Part shown: in pieces, positions 46,641 through 55,490 of the stretch
Numbering within the stretch: position 1 is the first letter of the stretch
Layout of the letters: every line of letters starts with the position of its first letter
Source of the DNA: Flavobacteriales bacterium
GTDB lineage: Bacteria; Bacteroidota; Bacteroidia; NS11-12g; UBA955
DNA length: 64,000 bases
Reading direction: 5' to 3'
Assembly: GCA_947463125.1 (NCBI GenBank)
Contig: CANHQZ010000006.1
Coordinates: forward strand, 5,243 to 69,242
Translations under genes and position numbers: made by a program
The notes under the pieces: model-generated
Databases searched by the model: none
The model's input: the letters and a program-made list of their open reading frames with translations, nothing else
What the model was told of the DNA's origin: nothing

Positions 46641-47990
46641 ATGATGGGTGTTCAAATTCCTGAAGTGCAAAGCGCCATTATTAAAGTAACCTCTGTGTTT
46701 GCATACAAGCCGGAAGATGTTGTTAAATTTAGAAAAGCCGGTTATAAAGATGCTCCAATAGGAGATCATACAACTGACTATGATGATGCATCAACCAAAT
46801 CTTTTTATCGCGATAAATATTATCGTGAATATTATAAGATGATGCTGGTTAGCGAGGGCAATGGAGCCGGCATGACGGCGCTCAGGCGTGATCTTCCTAT
46901 CAAACTGAATATTTCGGATGATTGGGGAAAGTATCATTTAAAAGATTTGAGTTGCGATTGTCAGGATCTTTATCTTTTTAATCATGGAATCGGTATTTTA
47001 TCATTGTCCTTTAATATCGGAAAAATTAGTTTTCAGGAACTTAGCAATGTGATTTTTGTTCTTAGACTATTCGAATCGAGAATTAAGCAATCGGATAATA
47101 CAGAAATTGCATTTCATCAATTTATTTCAAATCAAATACTGGAAGGCATTGCCCTCCGCCGCACCGATGCTAAAGACAATGGCGATGTGGGGATTTCGGA
47201 TGACTATAGCGGGTCAAAGTTTAAGATATATTCAATTATCAATTCAGATCAGTCTGAAGAAAAAAGGGAAAAGTTACTCTATGAATTAGGAACAGGGTCT
47301 AAAATCGGTATCGTCGGCAGCAATGATTATCAGGCCCCTGCAACTGTGTATTATAATGAGTTAATGAAATCCGGTATCAGACTTTTTAATAATTACACGG
47401 GTCTTGCCCTGCAAGATTCTTTTACTGTTATTGGTCATAATATTTATGATTCGGAGAAAAGAGACATTAAATATAATACCTGGAACAAGGTTTATTTTTC
47501 CATATATATTTATAATTTGTACATACGATACAATGTGTTTCGTTATAATACCATTTTCAATGATGATGAAATTAAAACCAGAGATGAATTTCAAAATTTC
47601 ATCAATCGCTATAACATGTCTCACATATCCTTTGACTTTCTGCCCAATATCCTCCACCGCAAAATTCACGATGCCTTGGGCATTGATGAAGAAGTAGCCC
47701 ATTTTGAAAAACGCCTGGCCAATCTGGCAACCAGTATTCAGGAAAAGCAGAGCAATCGGCAGCAATTTCTGTTGTTCGTGGTTTCTGCAATTACAGGCCT
47801 CTCGTCATACAAAGAAATTTATGCGTTTTTAGAAATGATTAGATTGAAATTGCAATGGGATATGATGCCGTTTTATTCGATTCTAATTTTATTTACATTG
47901 ATTGCCGGATTTTTTGTGTTGTCATGGCTCTATCCGCATCAGTCCAGGAAACTGAAAAAAAGGGCCAGAATGAAGTTGAATAAAGGATGA
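46641..47990 (+). CDS. Orphan protein with large soluble N-domain and C-terminal helical hairpin (2 TM), CorA-like architecture without a GMN motif
   Basis: 449 aa with AT-rich codon usage. The C-terminus has FLLFVVSAITGLSS and FYSILILFTLIAGFFVLSWLY followed by a basic tail RKLKKRARMKLNKG. No motif recognised. Confidence 0.5.
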   Translation: MMGVQIPEVQSAIIKVTSVFAYKPEDVVKFRKAGYKDAPIGDHTTDYDDASTKSFYRDKYYREYYKMMLVSEGNGAGMTALRRDLPIKLNISDDWGKYHLKDLSCDCQDLYLFNHGIGILSLSFNIGKISFQELSNVIFVLRLFESRIKQSDNTEIAFHQFISNQILEGIALRRTDAKDNGDVGISDDYSGSKFKIYSIINSDQSEEKREKLLYELGTGSKIGIVGSNDYQAPATVYYNELMKSGIRLFNNYTGLALQDSFTVIGHNIYDSEKRDIKYNTWNKVYFSIYIYNLYIRYNVFRYNTIFNDDEIKTRDEFQNFINRYNMSHISFDFLPNILHRKIHDALGIDEEVAHFEKRLANLATSIQEKQSNRQQFLLFVVSAITGLSSYKEIYAFLEMIRLKLQWDMMPFYSILILFTLIAGFFVLSWLYPHQSRKLKKRARMKLNKG

Positions 47991-48003
47991 TGAGGTTGGG
48001 CAA

Positions 48004-48477
48004 TTGGAGTATTTAGTTACTGATAAGGCAAGAGAACACTGCAAGCAGCACTTTAGTGATTCGGAAAAATCAGGCAGTAAGTTTAATGCTGCGGTTTTTC
48101 CAAGTTTAGACAGCATTTTGGCTGCAATCAAAAGCATTGAGCCCAAACGAATTGTTGAGCAAAGCTCAGGCAGGTTTGCCCATGTTTATGAATTACATGG
48201 ATATTGCGGCTGGTCCGGTGTAGGAAAACGGGCCGACTACAACAGAATTGAAACCGAAATAAGAAACGGATTTATTACAGAATTTGCCGTTGTTGAATCC
48301 CTGCCCCAAACCCGGCTGTTAACAGTCATTTCGGAATTTATTGATGGTGCAAATACCTTAATCACCCTTTTCCCGGGCGATTATGCGCCACCGTTTCCTT
48401 ATGATGGAATGATGCCGGAGGAAAAAGAAAAAGCAGTATTGTTTTGGCAAGAAAATATATTGTTAAAAATGGGCTGA
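48004..48477 (+). CDS. Orphan 157-aa protein
   Basis: TTG start 13 nt after the upstream stop. No recognisable motif. Ends 10 nt from the convergent STAND gene stop. Confidence 0.4.
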   Translation: MEYLVTDKAREHCKQHFSDSEKSGSKFNAAVFPSLDSILAAIKSIEPKRIVEQSSGRFAHVYELHGYCGWSGVGKRADYNRIETEIRNGFITEFAVVESLPQTRLLTVISEFIDGANTLITLFPGDYAPPFPYDGMMPEEKEKAVLFWQENILLKMG

Positions 48478-48487
48478 TTAAAACCGA

Positions 48488-51400
48488 TTAGTGTAACTTC
48501 ATCCATTCAGGCAATTCATTCTCTCGTCCTAATTTTTTTGCAAGCTTTTTTGATTTTTTAATGATTCTTAAATGAAGTCCGTCGCGCTTTTGGTTATCCT
48601 CATTCTTTTTGTTCAATTCTGCTGCCTGTAGGTAATAAGAAAGTGCATCGTTGGGATTTTCCCATGCCACATAACAATTTCCAATCTTGTCCATAAACAA
48701 CGCATCGTTGTGTATGTCAAATCCCTGATTGTAAACATCAATTGCGGCCTGATACTGCCCTGCCTTAAGGTAAGAGTCGCCCAAATCAGACAATATTTCA
48801 GATACATCTTTGTGCTCGCGTCCCAGGTATTTTATTTTCAGATCAAGGCTCTTTTTATAAAATTCTATGGCTTTTTCATAGTCTCTTTTCTTTCTCCATG
48901 CAGCGCCAATATTTCTGTAAGATAACGCGAGAGAAAAATGATCTGTGCCAAAGTTTTTTAGTTTAATTCTCAGGCTCTCTGAGTACCACCTCAGGGCCTC
49001 GTCATATTGGCCCTGGTCGGCCCATAAAAACCCAACATTGTTGTAAACGGGAGCTAACGATGTGTTGTCTGCACCCAGTACTTTTAACTTTATGTCAATG
49101 CTCTTTTCGTAGTAGGAAAGTGCTTTTTCGTGTTCGCCCTTTTTTCGCCAAACCGCGCCAATATTGCTGTAGGAGGCTGACAGGGAAGGATGCATTGCGC
49201 CAAGCCGTTTTAATTTTAAATCAACACTTTTGTGATAGAATTCCAGCGCTTTGTCCAGTTCTCCTTTTTTTACTTCCGCTAACCCTATGCTGTTCAACAA
49301 TCCCGCTACCGATGGGTCATTATCTCCTAAAACCTTTAACTTGATATTCAAGCTTTTGTGGTAAAAAATAAGTGCCTGGTCATAGTTTCCGTATTTCGCC
49401 ACACATCTGCCTAACAGGCTTAACAGGTTATGGTCATTTTCAATCAGGGCTTGTGATTTATGTATTTCGGTCAGATAATATACAGCCTGGTTTTTGTCAA
49501 AGCAGGTAATTATTGCTATCAATCCCAGCCAAATTGATTCTATATGCGTGAATTGATTTTGCTTCATTAATTCCGTGAGGAATTCCTTGCGCAGTGCGTG
49601 CAACCGCAATTTTGTCAGGTTTTTATCCAGTTCGAGCAGCGCTTTCCAGTCATTTGCCGTTCCGTGCTGCATTAACTTGTTTAGGGTGTTCGCTACTCCG
49701 AAAGTTTTTAAATACAGCAGCGAAGGTTTAATGCAAATGTCAAGATAGTCATCACCGGCATCAATAAGCTGCGTAGTAAGGGTAAAGTTGTCATCCAAAG
49801 CCAGTTCACATAGCATGGCTTCCAGCGCAAATCGCTGCAGCTTTGAACCCTGTTTGAGTAGGTCTTTGGCACTTTTTAAATGAATGGCAGGTTCTTGTTT
49901 GCGTAAGTGTGCGCCCAGCATATAAAGCAATGCGCCCTCAACCGTGAATGACAGGTAAGCGTTCAGGTCTTTGGTATAGCGACTTAACCATCCCAGGTTT
50001 TTAAGACGGGGATATGGATCATTTTGAACATCTGAGTTAAAGTATGGTTTCAGCCTTTCCGAATTGATCAAATCGTCCAGTAACAGTTCATTTTCCCCCT
50101 TTTCCCATACCGCTTCTACCAGCAGTTCCATGAATACTCGTTCTTTTGCAGAAAAGGATTCCAGCCAGTCGCGCCATATATTAAGATGCCTGTTTCCGCT
50201 TTTGGGCAGTGTTTTTTGGTGGTAGGTTTCAAGGAAAATTCTTAATACAAGCGGGTTGTTGATTTGATTGTAAATGGAACGGTCAAAATCTGCTATATCT
50301 GAAAATGTAAACCGTGGGTTGAATTTGTTTTTATGTTTCCGGGTGTAAATGTTCCAGGCTTCCTGCATTTCTGCCATGTTCATGGCAGTGAGCCAGTTGA
50401 TGAAAACCGCCAGACCATTTTCGCCTTCCGGATTTTCTCCGTACAACAATTCCTGTTCGTTTTCATTTAAAGTAAACCGCTGTATGTCTGCACCCGTATT
50501 GGCCCTGCTGGCAACAATAAATTTTAGCCTTCCGGCATCAAATATTTTACTGATGGCAAGGATTTCCTCCCATACATCTTCGGCGTTGATTGCCTCATTC
50601 AATCCGTCTATCAGGATGGTGGTTGGGGTGTCCTGGGTTCCGGCAAGTGCCTGATAATTTTCAAGCCCCTCCCTGGGGTTGATATTGAGGATAAAGGCAA
50701 GATGCTCTGTCAACGAGTTCTTCTCCATCCTGCCTGCACGAATTAGCAGGCAAGGCAGGTTCAGTTTTGAATATTGTCTTTGTATTTCAACCAGCAGATT
50801 GGTTTTTCCGCTGCCGGCCTCTGCTGCGATAAAAAAAATGTTGGCAGCAGAGCCAATCCATTCATGCAGTTTTTGCTCAATCTCTTTGCGGTTAATGTAA
50901 ATTTCCGGAAGAATCTTTTTTTCATGGATAAGGTTGTCTGTGAGCAATTTGTTTTCTTCGGCTATCCTGCTGATAAATACCTGCTTAGTGAATTCTGCAG
51001 GTGTATAATTGGTTTCGTTTTGCTTTTCACGAAGCAGTAGGTTTAGCTTGTTAAGAGTCTTTCCTGAAGTCTGTTTTTCAGTGCCCTCCGGACTGAAAAA
51101 TTTGATGGTTTTACCGGTGTGGGATTCGTAAATGAAAATTTGCTCCTTGTCTTCTTTGGAAAGAGAAACTTCACCCGGGACAATATAAAATGGCAGGATG
51201 TCAAACTGCTCTTGCTTTTGGTTTTCAATCCAAACCCTTGCAGGCTTTTGTTGCCCCTTTTCAACTGTGTTTATTTCTGCCGATTTCAGTAAATAGGTTT
51301 CACCGTGCTCGTGCTTGTACATGGGAGCAGGCTCTGATTTTAATAAGTCTGTCAGAAGGTATTTAAAAACAGGATAATATTCCTGCCAGATATTCTCTGA

Positions 51401-52006
51401 AACCGAGTCAGGCGGGGTCAGCGAATGGCCTATGTGCCTGTTGCGAAAATTAATAAGCATCCCAATACCTGTGGCTTCCTGTTTCTTCAATTGAACATCT
51501 CCGTTTATATCCGTGTATTCAATTTCTCCTTTGAAGAGGGTTCTTTTTTTGCCGGTTTCAACCCGTTCGTAATGGTTGAAGATTCCACTGTCAAAAAAGG
51601 TATGTTGCCTAGTCTTCAGATACTTAATGGTTTCTCGGATAAATTCATTCCACGAGCCAAAGGAAGGTTCGGCAATGGTTTTATGAAACAGAGCGACCAT
51701 GTTTCTATCCCTTAACGGGCTGTTGAAAAATTCAGAAGCAGTAATAAGGCCTATATATTTCAGGTAGTTGAGAAATGTATCTTTTAATAAATTGATTTTC
51801 CTCCAGGGATTTTGTTCCTCCAGGGCCCGTTTCAGTGGGTCGGCAATGACATACGGCAATTCCCGGATAAGTTGTATTTCCTCTTCGCTGAATGCAACAG
51901 CGCTAACCAGCGGCGTGCCGCATACGGGGCAGTTTTTTATTTCAGGTGGAAACTCTGCCTTTGTGCCGGCCATTAAGCAGTTTTGATTTTGGCAGCGAAA
52001 ACCCAT
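48488..52006 (-). CDS. STAND NTPase: N-terminal Zn-ribbon + unknown about 380-aa domain / NACHT-type P-loop / C-terminal TPR array
   Basis: CQNQNC...CPVCGTPL zinc ribbon. Walker A FFIAAEAGSGKTNLL. NACHT-style Walker B TTILIDGLNEA. Sensor-1-like KFIVASRAN. At least 6 tandem 42-aa TPR pairs of the kinesin-light-chain type (YDQALIFYHKSLNIKLKVLG... EKALSYYEKSIDIKLKVLG... EKAIEFYKKSLDLKIKYLG). Confidence 0.8.
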   Translation of the reverse strand: MGFRCQNQNCLMAGTKAEFPPEIKNCPVCGTPLVSAVAFSEEEIQLIRELPYVIADPLKRALEEQNPWRKINLLKDTFLNYLKYIGLITASEFFNSPLRDRNMVALFHKTIAEPSFGSWNEFIRETIKYLKTRQHTFFDSGIFNHYERVETGKKRTLFKGEIEYTDINGDVQLKKQEATGIGMLINFRNRHIGHSLTPPDSVSENIWQEYYPVFKYLLTDLLKSEPAPMYKHEHGETYLLKSAEINTVEKGQQKPARVWIENQKQEQFDILPFYIVPGEVSLSKEDKEQIFIYESHTGKTIKFFSPEGTEKQTSGKTLNKLNLLLREKQNETNYTPAEFTKQVFISRIAEENKLLTDNLIHEKKILPEIYINRKEIEQKLHEWIGSAANIFFIAAEAGSGKTNLLVEIQRQYSKLNLPCLLIRAGRMEKNSLTEHLAFILNINPREGLENYQALAGTQDTPTTILIDGLNEAINAEDVWEEILAISKIFDAGRLKFIVASRANTGADIQRFTLNENEQELLYGENPEGENGLAVFINWLTAMNMAEMQEAWNIYTRKHKNKFNPRFTFSDIADFDRSIYNQINNPLVLRIFLETYHQKTLPKSGNRHLNIWRDWLESFSAKERVFMELLVEAVWEKGENELLLDDLINSERLKPYFNSDVQNDPYPRLKNLGWLSRYTKDLNAYLSFTVEGALLYMLGAHLRKQEPAIHLKSAKDLLKQGSKLQRFALEAMLCELALDDNFTLTTQLIDAGDDYLDICIKPSLLYLKTFGVANTLNKLMQHGTANDWKALLELDKNLTKLRLHALRKEFLTELMKQNQFTHIESIWLGLIAIITCFDKNQAVYYLTEIHKSQALIENDHNLLSLLGRCVAKYGNYDQALIFYHKSLNIKLKVLGDNDPSVAGLLNSIGLAEVKKGELDKALEFYHKSVDLKLKRLGAMHPSLSASYSNIGAVWRKKGEHEKALSYYEKSIDIKLKVLGADNTSLAPVYNNVGFLWADQGQYDEALRWYSESLRIKLKNFGTDHFSLALSYRNIGAAWRKKRDYEKAIEFYKKSLDLKIKYLGREHKDVSEILSDLGDSYLKAGQYQAAIDVYNQGFDIHNDALFMDKIGNCYVAWENPNDALSYYLQAAELNKKNEDNQKRDGLHLRIIKKSKKLAKKLGRENELPEWMKLH

Positions 52007-52570
52007 TGTGCGAAGTTATATTTTAAACGCTGAAATAGCTCTTTCGTTTTAATCAGGGATTTTGTGCATTCTTTTATTCTCTTTCAAATAGTGCTCAAAA
52101 GGTTATTTCATCGCATTCACACGTGTATCTTTATGGGCAACATACTGCAGTGTTGATCGGCTTAATCCTAAAACAATGTTTTTCATGACTTTATGTTGAT
52201 TGGGGATTCAGTATGTTGGCTGCAATTGCTGTAAAATCCCCATTAATTCGCTGTTTTGGTGGGCGTTTTCAGATTATCACTACCCAATTTCCATTCAGCT
52301 TCATTGATAAAATCAGGTTTTTGTCAAGTATAGTTATCCACATTTTCAAAAAATTTCTTTTTTCAATACTGAAGTATCCGAGTTTTAATAAAATTACCTG
52401 AAAATCAATGTTAATAGGCTAATAAGATTCGATTATCTGAATTTATTGTGATGTTTTTGTTGTGGATAAACGTGGTGGTTGCCCCGTAATATACAAAAAA
52501 AATGAAGACAAGGCAAACACAATTGCATTTTCTATGTTCATTTGTGTACATCATTAAAATACATACACGT

Positions 52571-53296
52571 ATGGAACATTTCAACCTATTGACGACTAAC
52601 GTCATCGCAGCCGACAACTACGTAGCCTTTACGTTTTTCATCGGCACCATGGCCATGATGGCCGCATCTGTGTTCTTCTTCTTTGAACTGGGTAACACCT
52701 CTAAAGACTGGAGAACTTCTGTTCTTGTTTCCGGTATCATTACCTTCATTGCAGCTGTGCATTATTATTACATGCGCGGCTACAACTTGGAAACCGGTGG
52801 AGAATCACCCGTATTCTTCCGCTATGTGGACTGGTTGCTGACTGTGCCTTTGATGTGCGTGGAATTCTACCTCATCACCAAAAAGGCCGGTGCTAAAGTA
52901 GGTCTGCTGTGGAAACTTATTTTTGCTTCAGTAATCATGCTGGTTACCGGCTACTGGGGTGAAGCTGTTGCCCGCAATCAGGCTGCCTTCTGGGGTCTGG
53001 TTTCAGGTCTGGCTTACTTCTGGATCGTTTGGATGGTATGGAAAGGCGAAGTTGCTCAGCTTTCAAAAGCCAGCAGCCCTGCTGTACAGAAAGCCATCGA
53101 TTCTCTGTTGAAGTTCGTTGTTATCGGATGGGGTATTTATCCCCTGGGTTACCTGGTAGGTACTGCCGATGGTCAGTGGTACGAGTTCTGCAAGAACTGG
53201 AACCTGAACATGGACATCATCTACAACATCGGTGATGCCGTGAACAAAATCGGTTTTGGTCTGGTTGTATATGCCCTGAGCAGAAGCGAAGACTAA
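52571..53296 (+). CDS. Microbial rhodopsin, proteorhodopsin-type light-driven proton pump (DTE motif)
   Basis: Seven hydrophobic helices. Helix C is FRYVDWLLTVPLMCVEFY (D/T/E at the PR 97/101/108 equivalents, Met at tuning position 105). Helix-B His (AAVHYYYMRGY). Helix G carries the Schiff-base Lys (IGDAVNKIGFGLVVY). Start at ATG 52571 (MEHFNLL). Confidence 0.9.
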   Translation: MEHFNLLTTNVIAADNYVAFTFFIGTMAMMAASVFFFFELGNTSKDWRTSVLVSGIITFIAAVHYYYMRGYNLETGGESPVFFRYVDWLLTVPLMCVEFYLITKKAGAKVGLLWKLIFASVIMLVTGYWGEAVARNQAAFWGLVSGLAYFWIVWMVWKGEVAQLSKASSPAVQKAIDSLLKFVVIGWGIYPLGYLVGTADGQWYEFCKNWNLNMDIIYNIGDAVNKIGFGLVVYALSRSED

Positions 53297-53312
53297 GACA
53301 ATATACACTTTA

Positions 53313-53351
53313 CAAAAAAGGGGTTCTGATTTTATCATGAACCCCTTTTTT
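53313..53351 (+). terminator. Rho-independent terminator directly after the rhodopsin gene
   Basis: aaaaaAGGGGTTC-tgattttatcat-GAACCCCTttttt. 8-bp stem 53319-53326/53339-53346 followed by a T-run. Confidence 0.8.
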
Positions 53352-53362
53352 ATAAGCAAACC

Positions 53363-55375
53363 ATGAACCCCAAAAGCCATATTAACTGTGATTACCTGTT
53401 TGCCGGTACAGGTGCATCTGCCACTTTGCTGCTGATGCGCATGGAGAAGGCGGGTTTGCTTGCCGGTAAGAAGGTGGTGCTTTTGGATACCGATTTTACC
53501 TCGTTGAGCCGCAAGACATTTTGTTTTTGGGCAAAGCCTGATGACAACATCGTGCGGGATTGCCATGGGCTGATTCAAAAAACCTGGAATCATCTGCGCA
53601 TTGACAGGGGAGTTGAGAGTGTACTGAAACCCCTGCAATACCATTACATCCCCGGTGAGAATATGAAAAATGCCATGCTGGCACTGGCTGAACGAAATGC
53701 TTGTGAAATGCTTGAATCTGCTGTTGTTTCCATGATTTCCGATGATTCGGGGGTGGTGGTCACCACCGGGGCCGGTTCCTATCTCGCAGCCCGGGTATTC
53801 GACAGCAGACCCGCAGGCTTTATGGCACCAAAACCCAATGAAACCAGCCTTTTTCAGTCATTTATAGGCTACATGATTGAACCGGAACACCCGATTGCAA
53901 ATACCGATTCCATGGATATGATGGATTTTGGTGTTGATCAGCAGGGTGCAACCCAGTTTATGTATGTGCTGCCGCTCTCAGAAAGAAAAGCACTGGTGGA
54001 ACTTACCCGCTTTGGGATAAAGAAGATAACCGAACCGGAAGCTGCACCGGTGCTGGAAAATTATATACAGCGGCATTTTGGAAATGCACGTATTCTGGAA
54101 ACCGAAACCGGTTGTATTCCTATGTGTTCTGCGCCGCTGGAGATTACAGAACTGGAAGGGGTAACCCGCCTGGGAAGCCGTGCAGGAGCAATTAAGCCAG
54201 GAACAGGTTATGCTTTTAAAAACATGCACCGGCAGGCAGCGGAAATAACCCTGCAGTTACAGAATAAGCAGGTTTTTGAAACGAAGCATGCATCTGCGCG
54301 CTTCAAATTCTATGACCGCCTTCTGCTCCGTATTCTCGCCGTCAGTCCGGATTGGGGGAAGCCAATCTTTCAGCAGTTGTTCAGAAAAAACAGCACCCCG
54401 CAAATTCTGCAGTTTTTGGATGAAAAAACCACCCTGCGTCAGGATGCAGGTATTCTGCTGAGTTTGCCCTTTCGCCCATTTTTAGCCGCTTTGAAACAGG
54501 ATGTCAGATACAATCCGCCGGCCATGTTAAAACCGGTTTTGCTTACGTTGCTGTCCCTGCTGTTTTGGTTTGTTTATGCTATTTCCCCTTCCGTGTTTTT
54601 CCCGCTGCAATGGGCCTTTATTGGTGTTGGCTTGTTGGCCGTCGGAATACCCCACGGTGCACTTGATCATCTGCTGGAATCGGGAAAGGTGCAGGGCAGG
54701 GCTGAACCTTTGTTTGTTGCAAAGTACCTAGCTATTATGCTGCTGTATCTTCTGCTTTGGTGGTTGCAGCCCTGGGGCGCCCTGGTTGTATTTCTGGGGT
54801 ATTCGGCATTTCATTTTGGCCAGTCTGACATTCAGGAGTGGCAAATTACCCGCTATCCCAATCTTAAGTCATTTTTATGGGGAATAATAATGCTGGGGAT
54901 TATCCTGTTCTCTCACCTCGAAGAGGCGATGGCTATTGTCAATGGTATGGGTGTCGCTTTTGCCGGCATAAATCCCGGAGAATCCCTTATTTATATGCTG
55001 GTGTTGGCAGTCCTTTTATGGGCTTTGGTTGAGAAAAACGCGGCTATTTTGCTGAGTTTGCTAATGCTGGTAATTGGCACGCAATTGCCGCTGCCTGCAG
55101 CTTTCGGGCTGTATTTTATCGGGCAGCACAGCCTGAACGGATGGTCGCATTTACAAAAGGGAATGGGAGCAGCAGGTGAAACCCTTTTCCGCAAGGCGCT
55201 TCCATTTACTTTCGGCGCTTTGATATTGCTGGGTTTATTAATGATGTTGGTTTACACAGGAATCATGCCCTGGACACACCAGCAGTGGATTTCTGTATTC
55301 TTTGTTTTTCTTGCCTGCCTTAGCCTGCCCCATGTGTGGGCCATGCACCGCTTTTATAACCGCAGCGGAAAGTAA
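53363..55375 (+). CDS. Fused lycopene beta-cyclase (CrtY-type) / Brp-Blh beta-carotene 15,15'-dioxygenase
   Basis: The N-terminal about 385 aa have FAD fold DYLFAGTGASATLLL, FMYVLP, ETGCIPM, GSRAGAIKPGTGYAF and FLDEKTT. The C-terminal about 285 aa are polytopic with the four Blh His blocks GIPHGALDH, SAFHFGQSD, GQHSLNGW and LSLPHVW. One uninterrupted ORF of 670 aa. Confidence 0.8.
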   Translation: MNPKSHINCDYLFAGTGASATLLLMRMEKAGLLAGKKVVLLDTDFTSLSRKTFCFWAKPDDNIVRDCHGLIQKTWNHLRIDRGVESVLKPLQYHYIPGENMKNAMLALAERNACEMLESAVVSMISDDSGVVVTTGAGSYLAARVFDSRPAGFMAPKPNETSLFQSFIGYMIEPEHPIANTDSMDMMDFGVDQQGATQFMYVLPLSERKALVELTRFGIKKITEPEAAPVLENYIQRHFGNARILETETGCIPMCSAPLEITELEGVTRLGSRAGAIKPGTGYAFKNMHRQAAEITLQLQNKQVFETKHASARFKFYDRLLLRILAVSPDWGKPIFQQLFRKNSTPQILQFLDEKTTLRQDAGILLSLPFRPFLAALKQDVRYNPPAMLKPVLLTLLSLLFWFVYAISPSVFFPLQWAFIGVGLLAVGIPHGALDHLLESGKVQGRAEPLFVAKYLAIMLLYLLLWWLQPWGALVVFLGYSAFHFGQSDIQEWQITRYPNLKSFLWGIIMLGIILFSHLEEAMAIVNGMGVAFAGINPGESLIYMLVLAVLLWALVEKNAAILLSLLMLVIGTQLPLPAAFGLYFIGQHSLNGWSHLQKGMGAAGETLFRKALPFTFGALILLGLLMMLVYTGIMPWTHQQWISVFFVFLACLSLPHVWAMHRFYNRSGK

Positions 55376-55490
55376 GAGCCCATTCAGGCTTTTCATACAT
55401 TAGAAAGTATGATAATAGCTTTCGTCAAACATGATTTTCGTCCATCGGTTGTGTTTGTTAGCCATTGTTTTTTTGAACCCAGACAAGATT

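Noticed and set aside
52103-52186. 27-aa minus-strand ORF MKNIVLGLSRSTLQYVAHKDTRVNAMK in the long intergenic region, whose GLSRSTL resembles the HTH of IS or recombinase proteins
   Set aside because: It is too short and the resemblance is to a generic HTH turn. There are no flanking inverted repeats or further transposase sequence. At most it is a relic.
52213-52401. 62-aa plus-strand ORF in the NACHT/rhodopsin intergenic region
   Set aside because: It is AT-rich and low complexity, with no start context or motif. The region more likely holds the divergent promoters.
53063-53644. 193-aa minus-strand ORF spanning the rhodopsin 3' end, its terminator and the crtY-blh 5' end
   Set aside because: It crosses a strong terminator and two well-supported sense genes, so it is spurious.
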